DNA from: Cereibacter sphaeroides 2.4.1
GTDB taxonomy: Bacteria > Pseudomonadota > Alphaproteobacteria > Rhodobacterales > Rhodobacteraceae
DNA length: 32,000 bases
Reading direction: 5' to 3'
Assembly (NCBI RefSeq): GCF_000012905.2
Contig: NC_007493.2
Coordinates: forward strand, 3,030,001 to 3,062,000
Shown piece by piece: positions 15,932 to 28,896 of this stretch (position 1 is its first letter; each line of letters opens with the position of its first letter). The translations under genes and the position numbers were made by a program. The notes under the pieces are model-generated. The model was not told the DNA's origin, made no database searches, and saw only the letters and a program-made list of their open reading frames with translations.

Positions 15932-15978
15932 GCGCGCCTCCCGCCGATGTTCCGGCAAGGATAGGCCCGGGGGCCCCG

Positions 15979-16635
15979 TCACGCCAAGAGGCGCCTCAGA
16001 AGATCCTGCAGCTCGTCGTGATGGCTGAAGAGCCCGTGGTGCGGCAACTCATGCACCGGCGCATGGCGATAGCCCTCGGTGAAGAGCGCAAAGCGCAGCC
16101 CCGCGGCCTCGGCGGTGGCGGCATCCACCTCGCTGTCGCCCACATAGAGCACGACCTCCTCGTTCAGCGCGGCCGCCGTCGCGCGGAGCGGCGCGGGGTC
16201 TGGCTTGCGCTGGGGCAGGCTGTCGCCGCCGATGATGGCATCGAACAGCTCGAGCAGGCCGAAGAGCGACAGGATCTGCCGAGAGGCGCCCACCGGCTTG
16301 TTGGTGCAGAGCCCGATGCGCCACCCCTCCGCACGCAGGTGCCGGATCGCCGCCTCGGCACCGGGATAGACGCTGGTGAGCGTCGCCGGATCCGCCTCGT
16401 AATGCGCCATGAACCGGCCCTGAAGCTCAGCCTGGCGGTGCGCATCCGGCGCCTCGCCCCGGGCGGCGAGCACGCGCTGGATCAGCACCGGCACGCCGTT
16501 GCCGATGAAGCCGGTGATCTCGGCAAGCGTGAAGGGGGCGCCTCCCTCCTCGGCCAGCGCCTTGTTGACGGCGGCATGGATGTCGGGTGCGGAATGGACG
16601 AGGGTCCCGTCCAGATCGAAGACGACTCCCGGCAT
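15979..16635 (-). CDS. cbbZ: Phosphoglycolate phosphatase (HAD superfamily)
   Basis: This is the in-frame part of ORF 15979..16953, starting at [15 protein letters not shown] (ATG 16635). That start shares one nucleotide with the cbbY stop (TGATG). It has the HAD motifs DLDGT, CTNKP and GDSEVD. It sits after cbbY as in the R. sphaeroides cbbXYZ genes. Confidence 0.9.
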
Positions 16636-17327
16636 CAGGCCACCGGCGCCGTCAGGTCGAGGCCGGCCAGCCCGCCGAGCTCGGCGAAACTGTCGAGGAG
16701 CCGGTCGGCCCCCGCGAACTCCTCGTGCCGGGTGTAGAAGCCGGGCGAGACGATGCAGCGCAGCCCCGCCCCCTTGGCGGCCCGAAGACCGTTGAGCGAA
16801 TCCTCCAGCGCGACGGCCCGCTCCGGCGGCACGTCGAGCTCGCGCAGCGCAAGCCGGTAGATGTCCGGCGAGGGCTTCTTCTCGGCCACCATGTCTCCCG
16901 CCGCGATCACGTCGAAGATCTCGCGCGCGGGATGGCCGAAACAGGCCCGGCACAGGGCTTCGACATTGGGCAGGCTGGTGGTGGTGGCCACGGCGAGCCG
17001 GATCCCGGCGCGCTTCGCCTCGGCGATCAGGTCGGCGATGCCCGGGCGCAGCGCGATCTCGCCCTCGGCCATCAGCGCCACGAACCGCTCGGTCTTGGCG
17101 CGGTGGATATCGGCGATGGGCAGCGGCGCCGGATCGCCCTTCTGATGGCGCAGGAACCGCGCGATGCGCTCCTTGCCGCCCGTGGTGGTCAGAAGCTCGC
17201 GGTATTCCTCGCGGTCCCAGAACCAGTCCACCCCCAGCGCGGCGAAGGTCTCGTTAAAGGCGCGCCGGTGCAGCTCCTCGGTCTCGGCGAGCGTCCCGTC
17301 CACGTCGAAAAGGATCGCCTCGATCAT
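16635..17327 (-). CDS. cbbY: CbbY, HAD-family xylulose-1,5-bisphosphate phosphatase
   Basis: 230 aa, [28 protein letters not shown]... The ATG overlaps the cbbX stop (ATGA at 17324-17327). It is positioned between cbbX and cbbZ. Confidence 0.92.
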
Positions 17328-18253
17328 CTGGCCAGAGCCTCCGCGGCGCGGCGCTCGCTGTCGAGCCCGCCCTTGAACACCCGGCTCGCGCGGATGTCTT
17401 CCTCGGCGATGGTCGAGAGGGCGCGCGCGTCGAGCGGCCCGGACGAGGCGGTGAACAGCCGGTTGGCCTGCCGGAGCCGCGCGCGGTCGAGCGCATTGCG
17501 GATCGAGCGGGCATTGGCGAAATGCGGCTGGTTGCGGCGCAGGCCGATATAGGCGCGCAGCGCCGTCTCGGCCTCCGGGGTCATCTGATAGTTCTGGTCG
17601 TCCAGCATGTGTCCTGCGATCTCGAACAGCTCTTCGTCGCTGTAGTCGGGGAATTCGATGTGATGCGCGATGCGCGAACGGAAGCCGGGATTCGACTGGA
17701 AGAAATTCTCCATCCGATCCGCGTATCCTGCAAGGATCACCACGAGGTCGTCGCGGTTGTTCTCCATCACCTGAAGCAGGATCTCGATGGCTTCCTGCCC
17801 GTAGTCGCGCTCGTTGTCGGGCCTGTAGAGGTAATAGGCCTCGTCGATGAAGAGCACGCCGCCCATGGCGCGCTTGAGAACCTCCTTCGTCTTGGGCGCC
17901 GTATGGCCGATATACTGCCCCACCAGATCGTCGCGCGTGACGCTGACCAGATGTCCCTTGCGGACATAGCCGAGGCGGTGCAGCAGCCCCGCCATCTTCA
18001 GCGCGACGGTGGTCTTGCCGGTGCCGGGATTGCCGGTGAAGCTCATGTGCAGCGTGGGCGTCTCATGGGCGAGGCCCAGCTTCTGCCGCGCCCGCTCGAC
18101 AAGAAGAAGCGCCGCCGTCTCGCGGATCCGGTCCTTGACCGGCTTCAGCCCGATCAGCTCGCGGTCGAGCTCCTCGAGCACCTCCTTCGCGCCCGATCCC
18201 TCATATTCGGCGCGCAGGTCGATCGAGGTGGGGGCCGTTGCCGCGTCGGTCAT
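17324..18253 (-). CDS. cbbX: CbbX, red-type RuBisCO activase (AAA+ ATPase)
   Basis: This is the in-frame part of ORF 17324..19093, starting at [10 protein letters not shown] (ATG 18253), giving 309 aa. It has Walker A GNPGTGKT and Walker B VLFIDEAY. It lies downstream of cbbLS. Confidence 0.95.
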   Translation of the reverse strand: MTDAATAPTSIDLRAEYEGSGAKEVLEELDRELIGLKPVKDRIRETAALLLVERARQKLGLAHETPTLHMSFTGNPGTGKTTVALKMAGLLHRLGYVRKGHLVSVTRDDLVGQYIGHTAPKTKEVLKRAMGGVLFIDEAYYLYRPDNERDYGQEAIEILLQVMENNRDDLVVILAGYADRMENFFQSNPGFRSRIAHHIEFPDYSDEELFEIAGHMLDDQNYQMTPEAETALRAYIGLRRNQPHFANARSIRNALDRARLRQANRLFTASSGPLDARALSTIAEEDIRASRVFKGGLDSERRAAEALAR

Positions 18254-18365
18254 CGCGAACTCCGATAGCTGTCGGTTGAGAGAGTAGCCCGGCGCAGCGC
18301 CGGTCAAGCCACGCCATTCGTCGCAGTCCCCCCTCTCACTCTGGGTCAAATATCCCGCGGGGGGT

Positions 18366-18388
18366 CCGGGGGGCGCGAAGCCCCCCGG
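18366..18388 (-). other. Strong GC hairpin in the cbbS-cbbX intercistronic region (mRNA 3'-stabiliser or partial terminator)
   Basis: CCGGGGGGC-GCGAA-GCCCCCCGG forms a 9-bp G/C stem 36 nt downstream of the cbbS stop, inside a 170-nt gap. No U-run follows on the transcribed strand. Confidence 0.5.
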
Positions 18389-18423
18389 CCTTGGCCCGTC
18401 CGCCGATCCGTGGGAGGAGCGGC

Positions 18424-18813
18424 TCAGCGGACGATGCTGTGCGTGTAGCGGATCGACCGGCCGTCGACCTCGGTGCGCTCCATGCGGAGGCTGGGCTCGA
18501 CCTCGGGGCGGTTGACGATGAAGCTCATCGTGACCGTCTCGAAGCCGCGGGTGGAATCGAAGGCATTGATGCGGATGTAGCGGCCGGGCCAGGCCTTGCG
18601 GCACTCGTCCAGCTCGATCATCACGCCCTTGGGGTCGCGCAGGTCGAACATCGGCATGCCCCACATTTCCCAGTAGGTGTTCCGGGGATGCGGGTCGTCG
18701 GTATGTTCGAGGCTCACGGCCCAGCCGCGGCCGAGGCAATAGTCCACCTGCGCCGAGATCTGCGCGTCGGTCAGGTCGGGCAGGAACGAGAAGCAGCCTT
18801 GGGTGATGCGCAT
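18424..18813 (-). CDS. cbbS: RuBisCO small subunit (form I, red-type)
   Basis: This is the in-frame part of ORF 18424..19437, starting at [16 protein letters not shown] (ATG 18813, AGGAGA SD), giving 129 aa. It lies 11 nt after the cbbL stop. Confidence 0.96.
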   Translation of the reverse strand: MRITQGCFSFLPDLTDAQISAQVDYCLGRGWAVSLEHTDDPHPRNTYWEMWGMPMFDLRDPKGVMIELDECRKAWPGRYIRINAFDSTRGFETVTMSFIVNRPEVEPSLRMERTEVDGRSIRYTHSIVR

Positions 18814-18824
18814 GTCCGGTCTCC

Positions 18825-21379
<2,555 letters not shown>

Positions 21380-21502
21380 GGGTCTCCTCCCGGGTCGTCA
21401 TGTCAGTCGGATGGGTGCGGGATATCGGCCGGCCGGGCGGGTGCCGGCCGGGACGGTCGAGCCGAGGGTCCGAGGCGGCTCTGCGCCCGCCCCGGGTCCG
21501 GA

Positions 21503-22375
21503 TCAGGCCACCTTGCTCTCTCGGACGAGGCGGTCGATCAGCGGTGTCAGGATCAGCTGCATCGCGAGGTCCAGCTTGTTGCCGGGCACCACGATGGAAT
21601 TGGCGCGGCTCATCCACGAGCCGTGGATCATCGAGGTGAGATAGGGGAAGTCGATCCCGCGCGGATTGCGGAAACGGATCACCACCACGCTCTCGTCGGC
21701 GGTGGGGATCCAGCGCGCGATGAAGGGGTTCGAGGTATCCACCACCGGCACGCGCTGGAAGTTGATGTCGGTCTGCGAGAATTGCGGCACGATGCAGTGA
21801 ACGTAGGCATGCATCCGGCGCAGGATCACGTCGGTGACCGCCTCGGTCGTGTAACCGCGGGTCGCGCGGTCGCGGTGGATCTTCTGGATCCATTCGAGGT
21901 TGATGACCGGAACCACGCCGATCTTGAGGTCGGCCAGCCCCGCGATATTGACCTCGCTGTTCACCACCGCCCCGTGCAACCCCTCGTAGAACAGCAGGTG
22001 GCTGTCGCTGTCGAAGTCGCGCCAGTCGGTGAAGTTGCCGGGCGCCACGCCGGTGCGCGCCGCTTCGGCATCGTCATGGACGTAGGTCCGCGTCCGCCCC
22101 TGCCCGGTCTCGCCGTACTCGCGGAAGACGCGCTCCAGCTCCTTCAGCTCGTTCGCCTCGTAGGAGAAGTGCGAGAAGGTGGCGTCGCCCGCCGCATAGC
22201 GCCGGTCCAGCTCGGCCTTCATGTCGGCGCGGTTGAAGCGGTGGAAGGCGTCGCCCTCGATCGAGACCGCCTTGACCCCCTCGCGCCGGAAGATCTGGTC
22301 GAACGTGTGCTTCACCGTCGAGGTGCCCGCGCCGGACGAGCCCGTGACCGAGATGATGGGATGCTTCTTGCTCAT
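21503..22375 (-). CDS. cbbP: Phosphoribulokinase
   Basis: 290 aa. The N-terminal P-loop is IISVTGSSGAGTST, and the bacterial PRK signature EGLH...INLEWIQKIHRD is present. Confidence 0.96.
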   Translation of the reverse strand: MSKKHPIISVTGSSGAGTSTVKHTFDQIFRREGVKAVSIEGDAFHRFNRADMKAELDRRYAAGDATFSHFSYEANELKELERVFREYGETGQGRTRTYVHDDAEAARTGVAPGNFTDWRDFDSDSHLLFYEGLHGAVVNSEVNIAGLADLKIGVVPVINLEWIQKIHRDRATRGYTTEAVTDVILRRMHAYVHCIVPQFSQTDINFQRVPVVDTSNPFIARWIPTADESVVVIRFRNPRGIDFPYLTSMIHGSWMSRANSIVVPGNKLDLAMQLILTPLIDRLVRESKVA

Positions 22376-22381
22376 GGATAT

Positions 22382-23389
22382 TCAGCTCCGGAACAGGCCG
22401 CGATTGCCGAAGAGGGCCGACGTCTCCTGCTCGGGCAGGTCGTGATACGCGGTGATGCGGGCCACCTTCTCGGCGGACCCGAAGACGAAGGGCGTGCGGG
22501 CATGAAGCCGCGAGGGCGTCTGTCCGAGGATCGGATTCTCGCCGTCGGTGGCCCCGCCGCCCGCCTGGGTGATGACGAAGGCGATGGGCGCGCATTCGTA
22601 GAGATAGCGCAGGCGACCCTGCTCGTAGCCCTTGCGGCTGTCGCGCGGATAGAGGAACACGCCGCCCCGCGCGAGGATGCGGTGGGTCTCGGCCACCAGC
22701 GAGGCCAGCCAGCGCATGTTGAAGTTGCGTCCCCGCGGCCCCTCGGTACCCGCCACGCAATCGTCGATATAGGCGCGGATCGGCTTCGGCCAGTGGCGGT
22801 AGTTCGAGGCGTTGATCGCGAATTCGGTCGAGCTGGGCGGCACCTTCACGGCACGGTCGACCAGCACGAAGCTGCGGCTGCCGGGATCGAGCACATATTT
22901 CTGCGTCCCCTTCCCGAAGCTCACCATCATGCAGACTTGCGGGCCGTAGATGACATAGCCCGCCGCGATGAGCTCGGAGCCCAGGCGCAGGAAGCTCGCC
23001 TCGGCCGTGGCCGCGGCAGGCCAGATGGCGAAGATCGTGCCGACCGAGAGGTTGGTGTCGATGTTGGACGAGCCGTCCAGCGGATCGATGGCGAGGGCCA
23101 GCGTCCCGGCCTCGTTCAGCGTCACCGCCGTGTCCTGCTCCTCGGAGGCGTAGAAGCGGACCGCCGAGCCTTCCAGTGCCACGCGGAAGGCGTCGTCGGC
23201 GATTACGTCGAGCGCCTTCTGCCCGTCCCCGTCGGTGTTGGTTCCGCAGAGACCGGCGAGATCCTCGTCGATACCCCCGCGGGCGATCCGGTTCGCGACT
23301 TCGATCGCGACCGAGCCCAGACGGTCCATCACGTCCTGCAACTCGGCCGGTATGGCATCGGGGTGGGTGGGAAAGGGCTTCACTGGCAT
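22382..23389 (-). CDS. cbbF: Fructose-1,6-/sedoheptulose-1,7-bisphosphatase (class 1)
   Basis: This is the in-frame part of ORF 22382..23638, starting at [10 protein letters not shown] (ATG 23389, GGAGGAG SD), giving 335 aa. It has the FBPase motifs DPLDGSSN and GGVFLYP. Confidence 0.94.
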   Translation of the reverse strand: MPVKPFPTHPDAIPAELQDVMDRLGSVAIEVANRIARGGIDEDLAGLCGTNTDGDGQKALDVIADDAFRVALEGSAVRFYASEEQDTAVTLNEAGTLALAIDPLDGSSNIDTNLSVGTIFAIWPAAATAEASFLRLGSELIAAGYVIYGPQVCMMVSFGKGTQKYVLDPGSRSFVLVDRAVKVPPSSTEFAINASNYRHWPKPIRAYIDDCVAGTEGPRGRNFNMRWLASLVAETHRILARGGVFLYPRDSRKGYEQGRLRYLYECAPIAFVITQAGGGATDGENPILGQTPSRLHARTPFVFGSAEKVARITAYHDLPEQETSALFGNRGLFRS

Positions 23390-23473
23390 CTCCTCCGCGA
23401 CGTGTGCCCAGCTTGCCGCGGATCGGATTTTATGGAATTTAATAAGGTAGAAGTTCTGTTCGGGAATTTGGAA
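23390..23473. promoter_or_regulatory. Divergent cbbR / cbbF control region with an AT-rich island carrying LysR-type dyads
   Basis: This 84-bp gap contains an AT-rich stretch at about 23425-23470, in otherwise roughly 70% GC DNA. TTAT-N8-ATAA lies at 23430-23445 and includes a T-N11-A. The imperfect dyad AAGTTC-N7-GAATTT lies at 23451-23469. CbbR is known to bind the proximal cbbI promoter in R. sphaeroides. Confidence 0.5.
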
Positions 23474-24406
23474 ATGGTGCGGCTCGATGCGATCACCCTG
23501 AAGCAGCTGCGCGCCCTCGTGGCGGTGGCGGGCAGCGCCTCGCTGACGGGCGGGGCCACGCGCCTCGGTCTGACGCCTCCGGCAATCCACAGCCAGATCA
23601 GGAACTTGGAGGAAGCCTTCGGCGTGCCGCTCCTCCATCGGCCGCCCGAGACGGGCTCCTTCACGCCGACGCTCGCCGGAATCGCCGTTCTCGAGGCCGC
23701 TCAGCGGATCGAGGTCATTCTGTCGCAGTGCTCATACCAAGTGATGGCGGTGAGCGAGGGCCGGGCCGGGCAGGTGACGCTGGGTGTGGTCTCGACCGGG
23801 CGCTATTTCGCGCCGCGGCTGGTGAAGATGCTGAGCCTCGCCTGCCCCGAGATCCGAATCGCCCTCCGCGTGGGCAACCGCGAGCAGCTGATCGACGATC
23901 TGGCGCGGCACATGGTGGATCTGGCGGTCATGGGACGCCCCCCGCGCCAGCCCGAGGTGGCGTCGGTGGCGCTCGGGCCGCATCCGCACGGGATCGTGGC
24001 GCCGCCCGATCATCCGCTGGCGGGTCTGGCCGAGGTGCCGGTGCCGGACCTTCTGTCCCAGACCTTTCTGGCGCGCGAGGAAGGGTCGGGGACACGGGTG
24101 CTCATGTCGCGCTATCTCGACCGGCTGGGCGAGGGGCAGGTGGTGGACCTGATCGAGATGGATTCGAACGAGACCATCAAGCAGTCGGTCATCGCGGGGC
24201 TGGGGCTCGCCTTCCTGTCGCTGCATGTGGTGATGGACGAGCTGCGCTTCGGCCAGCTCGTGCAGTTGGCGGCCCCCGGCCTGCCCATCGAGCGGCACTG
24301 GTTCCTCGTCCATCCGGTCGATCGGCCGCTGAATCCGGCCGCGCTCAGGGTGCAGGGCGAGATCGTGAAGCTGAAGGGAGCCTATCTGCCCGGCGCCCCC
24401 GCCTGA
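23474..24406 (+). CDS. cbbR: LysR-family transcriptional activator of the cbb operon
   Basis: These are the last 310 codons of ORF 20573..24406, starting at [28 protein letters not shown] (ATG 23474). The alternative ATG 23432 would shrink the control region to 42 bp. It has an N-terminal LysR HTH and a substrate-binding domain, and it is divergent from cbbF. Confidence 0.93.
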   Translation: MVRLDAITLKQLRALVAVAGSASLTGGATRLGLTPPAIHSQIRNLEEAFGVPLLHRPPETGSFTPTLAGIAVLEAAQRIEVILSQCSYQVMAVSEGRAGQVTLGVVSTGRYFAPRLVKMLSLACPEIRIALRVGNREQLIDDLARHMVDLAVMGRPPRQPEVASVALGPHPHGIVAPPDHPLAGLAEVPVPDLLSQTFLAREEGSGTRVLMSRYLDRLGEGQVVDLIEMDSNETIKQSVIAGLGLAFLSLHVVMDELRFGQLVQLAAPGLPIERHWFLVHPVDRPLNPAALRVQGEIVKLKGAYLPGAPA

Positions 24407-24410
24407 GCCG

Positions 24411-25106
<696 letters not shown>

Positions 25107-25107
25107 C

Positions 25108-25809
25108 TCAGCCTCCGAGATAGGCGGCCTGCACCGCGCGGTCGGCCTGGATCTCGGCGGGCGTGCCCCGCGCCAGCACCCGGCCGGCGTTCAGCACCGT
25201 GATGCGTTGGGCGAGATCCATCACCACCTCCATGTTGTGCTCGATCAGAAGCACCGTCACCTCGGGCACAAGGCTGCGCACCAGCGTCATGAAGCTCTCG
25301 ATCTCGCCCGAAGCGAGGCCCTGCGTCGGCTCGTCGAGGATCAGCAGCCGCGGCGCAAGGGCAAGCCCCATGGCGATCTCGAGCAGCCTCTGGTGGCCGT
25401 AGGAGAGCGTGCCCGCAAGCTGCCCCGCCTCGCCCGAAAGCCCCACGCGGGCGAGGGCGGCCTCCGTCGCGGCGGCCAGATCCCGCGCGCCGGTGCGCTG
25501 CACGGCCAGCGCCACATTGTCGAAGGTCGTGAGCCTCGGGAAGACCGAGGTGATCTGGAAGGCATAGGCGATGCCGCAGCCCACCCGGGCATGGGCCGGC
25601 AGGCGGGTGATGTCGCGCCCGTCGAAGCGGATCGTGCCCGCCTGCGCCGGGATGCGCCCCGACAGAAGCCCCACGAGCGTGGACTTGCCCGCGCCGTTCG
25701 GCCCGATCAGCGCATGGATCTCTCCCGCGGCGAGGTCGAAATCCACCCCGTCGATCGCGCGGAGGCCGCCGAAGTGGCGCACGAGACCGCGGGCTTCCAG
25801 AAGGCTCAT
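25108..25809 (-). CDS. ABC transporter ATP-binding protein (LivG-like)
   Basis: 233 aa with Walker A GPNGAGKST, signature LSYGHQR and Walker B LLILDEP. The ATG overlaps the upstream permease stop. Confidence 0.9.
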   Translation of the reverse strand: MSLLEARGLVRHFGGLRAIDGVDFDLAAGEIHALIGPNGAGKSTLVGLLSGRIPAQAGTIRFDGRDITRLPAHARVGCGIAYAFQITSVFPRLTTFDNVALAVQRTGARDLAAATEAALARVGLSGEAGQLAGTLSYGHQRLLEIAMGLALAPRLLILDEPTQGLASGEIESFMTLVRSLVPEVTVLLIEHNMEVVMDLAQRITVLNAGRVLARGTPAEIQADRAVQAAYLGG

Positions 25810-26738
25810 GGCAGGCTCCGGAGGCCGCAGTCGCGCAGAAGACCCAGGAGCCCGCGCGGCGCGAAGAGGACGAGGAGGATCAGCACCGCCCCCACCACGA
25901 ACTGCGACGCCGTGGTGACGGAAGAGGCCCAGTCGATCAGGTAGAACAGGAGCGCGGTGCCCAGAAGCGGACCCAGCACGGTGCCCGCGCCGCCAAGCAG
26001 CACCCAGATCAGCGGCAGGATCGAATACTGGATCGCGGCGAAGGAGCCGCCGACATAGCCGAACATGAGCCCGTAGGTCGCCCCCGCCGCGCCCGACAGC
26101 AGGCCCGACAGCGCGAGCGCCAGCAGCTTCGCGCGGAACGTGTCGTAGCCCAGCATGCGTGTGCGCTCCTCGTTCTCACGCACCGCGATCAGCACGCGGC
26201 CGGTGCGCGAGCGGACGAGGGCGAGGCAGCCCAGCATGGCCGCGGCAAAGAGCAGGAAGGCCGCACCGTAGCGCGTGGTCGGATCGGCGAGATCGAACGG
26301 TCCGATCCGCCGGGCCGCACCCGAGAGGGTGAAGCCCTCGTCGCCGCCGGTGAAGCGCCCCCAGTAGAGGATGGCCAGATGGAAGGCCTGCGCGAACATC
26401 AGCGTCACGATCATGAAGGCCGGGCCCGCCGTCCGCAGCGCGAGGAGCCCCACGCCGGCCGCCAGCACGCCCCCCGCGACGGGCCCCGCCAGGAGCGCAG
26501 CCCAGGGCTGCCAGCCGCCCTGATCGATCAGAAGCCCGGTCGCATACATGCCGCCCGCGAAGAAGAGCGCATGGCCGAGCGACAGAAGCCCGGTGTAGCC
26601 GAAGGCGATGTTGAACCCGATCGCATAGGTGGCAAGCACGAGGATGCGGGCCGCGTTCGTGTGATGATAGGCAGGCAGCACGAACTGCAGCGCGGCGATC
26701 CCCGCCAGCACGGCCAGATGAAGGGCGAGCATCCTCAT
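25806..26738 (-). CDS. Branched-chain-amino-acid-type ABC permease (LivM-like)
   Basis: This is the in-frame part of ORF 25806..27455, starting at MRMLALHLAVLAG (ATG 26738, an ATGA overlap with the upstream gene). It is a polytopic membrane protein of 310 aa. Confidence 0.88.
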   Translation of the reverse strand: MRMLALHLAVLAGIAALQFVLPAYHHTNAARILVLATYAIGFNIAFGYTGLLSLGHALFFAGGMYATGLLIDQGGWQPWAALLAGPVAGGVLAAGVGLLALRTAGPAFMIVTLMFAQAFHLAILYWGRFTGGDEGFTLSGAARRIGPFDLADPTTRYGAAFLLFAAAMLGCLALVRSRTGRVLIAVRENEERTRMLGYDTFRAKLLALALSGLLSGAAGATYGLMFGYVGGSFAAIQYSILPLIWVLLGGAGTVLGPLLGTALLFYLIDWASSVTTASQFVVGAVLILLVLFAPRGLLGLLRDCGLRSLP

Positions 26739-27613
26739 GCGCGGGCTCCGAACAGCCCCTGCGGGCGGAAGACCAGCACCAGCGCCACGAGGAGAGTGGC
26801 CAGGATCTTGGCCAGCGTCGGCTCGAAGAAGGTCGAGATCACGCCGTCCGACACGCCGATCAGCAGGGCCGCCACCAGCGTGCCGCGGAGCGACCCCAAG
26901 CCTCCGATCACCACGACGATGAAGGACAGCAGGAGCGGATCGCCCCCCATCAGGTAATGGGCCTGCTGGATCGGCACGATCAGCACGGCGGCGATGGCCG
27001 CCAGCGCCGCGCCGAGCGCGAAGGTTGCAGCATAGACCCGGTCCACATCGATGCCGAAGGCGCTGGCGGTCTCGCGGTCGATCTGCGTGGCGCGCATCAC
27101 GAGGCCGATCCGGCTCCGCGCGAGGAGCAGCCACAGGCCGGCCAGCACCGCGCCCGCCGCGCCGATCACGAAGAGCTTGTAGCCCGACCAGCCGAACCAC
27201 GGCAGCTGCAGCCGCGCCTCGAACGGCGGCGGCACCGGCCTCGCTTCGGGGCCGTAGAGCGTGAGGGCAGCCTGCTGCAGGATGTAGAGAAGCCCGATCG
27301 TCGCGATGATCGTGGCCTCGGGCTCGTAGGCGAGCCGCTTCAGCACCAGCCGGTCGGCCAGGGCCGCAAGCCCCGCCACCAGCAGCGGGCAGGCCACCAG
27401 CGCCACGGCGAAGGCCAGTGCGGGCGGGCCCGGCACCCACTGGCTCACGAACCATGCGGTGACCGCGCCCAGCATGAAGAACTCGCCATGGGCCACGTTC
27501 ACCACCCGCAGCACGCCGAAGACGAGGCTCAGCCCCGAAGCCGTCAGCGCGAGCACCGCCGCGCCGACCAGCCCCTCCATCACGGCGAGAAGCAGGAAGG
27601 GTCCGAACTCCAT
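26735..27613 (-). CDS. Branched-chain-amino-acid-type ABC permease (LivH-like)
   Basis: This is the in-frame part of ORF 26735..29122, starting at MEFGPFLLLAVMEGLVGAAVLAL (ATG 27613). It is 292 aa and contains the GVLRVVNVAHGEF motif typical of LivH-type permeases. Confidence 0.88.
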   Translation of the reverse strand: MEFGPFLLLAVMEGLVGAAVLALTASGLSLVFGVLRVVNVAHGEFFMLGAVTAWFVSQWVPGPPALAFAVALVACPLLVAGLAALADRLVLKRLAYEPEATIIATIGLLYILQQAALTLYGPEARPVPPPFEARLQLPWFGWSGYKLFVIGAAGAVLAGLWLLLARSRIGLVMRATQIDRETASAFGIDVDRVYAATFALGAALAAIAAVLIVPIQQAHYLMGGDPLLLSFIVVVIGGLGSLRGTLVAALLIGVSDGVISTFFEPTLAKILATLLVALVLVFRPQGLFGARA

Positions 27614-27615
27614 CC

Positions 27616-28896
27616 TCAGAAGGAGGTCGCGAGATAGTCCACGTCGCTCGGATAGATCCCGTCCTCGAGCGAGGTCTCGTGGACCTTCACGAGCTTGCCG
27701 CCCTCGAGCCTGCTGATGAACTGATGGCCGAAGACCTGATGGAGCTTCGGATTGAAGACCTTGGCACCCTGCGGCCGCTCGCGTCCCGCGGGCATCTCGG
27801 TGAAGGCCTCGACCGCCTCGACGAAGGCCTGCCGGTCCTGCGGTCCGCGCCAGTTGCAGGCCTCCATGCCCTGCTTGATGGTAAAGAGAGTCTCCCAGAC
27901 CGAGAACATGTGCCCGTAGCAGGACACGTTCTGCGGATCCTCGACCGCGGCGCCCGTGTCGTCCACCCCCACCGCGGCCCGGTAGAAGGTCTCGGCCTCC
28001 GAGGCATCGGGCTGGAGCATCCGGCACTGGCCCTCCCAGAAATGCGAGCCCTCGAGGAACTGGAGGCCGGGGTTGGCGATGTCCACCGCCTCGAGCGAGT
28101 CGATGAAGCCGAAGATCTGGGGCCGGTCGCCCGAGCCGTAGAACTCGCCCAGCTCCTTGACGAAGGTGAGGACGGCCGGGCCCACCATGACGTGATAGAG
28201 CACCTCGGTGTCGCGCGGGATGCGCGGGAAGTAGCGGGTGAAGCTGGTCTCGGTCGGCGGAATGGCGATCTGCGCCACGACCTCGCCCCCCTGCGCTTTC
28301 ACCGCTTCGGTGAAGAAGTCGCGGTGGTCGTGGCCGAAGGCATAGTCCGGGAAGATCATCGTGACCTTCTTGCCGAGGTTCTGCGTGACCCAGGGCGCCA
28401 TCGCCGTGACCTGCGCGCGCACGTCGGTGATGCCCGGTTGCAGCGTCCAGCGGTTCAGCTTGCCCGAGGCGACGTGATAGCCTTCCGAGCAGACCAGATA
28501 GGGGATCTTCAGTTCGGCCGCCCGGGGGGCTGCGGCGATCACCACATGGCTGAAGAGCGGCCCGAAGATCATGTCCACCTTGGCCTGCGAGGCCAGCTTC
28601 TCGACCACCTCGGCACCGCGGCGCGGGTCGGTCGCATCGTCCTCGAACAGGATCTCGACCGGACGCCCGGCGATGCCGCCCGCCTCGTTCACCACCTTCA
28701 GCGCGGCGAGCGCCGTCCGCTCGTACCACCGCCCGTAGGCCGCGCCGATCCCGGTGCGATGGAGCTGGAACCCCAGCCGGATCGGCTCGGAGCTCTGCGC
28801 CTGCACGAAGCGGGGCAGGGTCGCGGCCGTCAGGGCGGCAGCCCCTCCGGCAAGCAGCGAACGGCGGGTGGGATGCAGGATCGTCTCGCGGTTCAT
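27616..28896 (-). CDS. Periplasmic substrate-binding protein of the Liv/amide-urea (type I PBP) class, with a twin-arginine-like signal
   Basis: This is the in-frame part of ORF 27616..29070, starting at MNRETILHPTRRSLLAGGAAALTAATLPRFVQA|QS (ATG 28896, GGAGA SD). It is 426 aa. IRLGFQ...GIAGRPVEILFEDD is typical of this PBP class. Confidence 0.85.
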   Translation of the reverse strand: MNRETILHPTRRSLLAGGAAALTAATLPRFVQAQSSEPIRLGFQLHRTGIGAAYGRWYERTALAALKVVNEAGGIAGRPVEILFEDDATDPRRGAEVVEKLASQAKVDMIFGPLFSHVVIAAAPRAAELKIPYLVCSEGYHVASGKLNRWTLQPGITDVRAQVTAMAPWVTQNLGKKVTMIFPDYAFGHDHRDFFTEAVKAQGGEVVAQIAIPPTETSFTRYFPRIPRDTEVLYHVMVGPAVLTFVKELGEFYGSGDRPQIFGFIDSLEAVDIANPGLQFLEGSHFWEGQCRMLQPDASEAETFYRAAVGVDDTGAAVEDPQNVSCYGHMFSVWETLFTIKQGMEACNWRGPQDRQAFVEAVEAFTEMPAGRERPQGAKVFNPKLHQVFGHQFISRLEGGKLVKVHETSLEDGIYPSDVDYLATSF

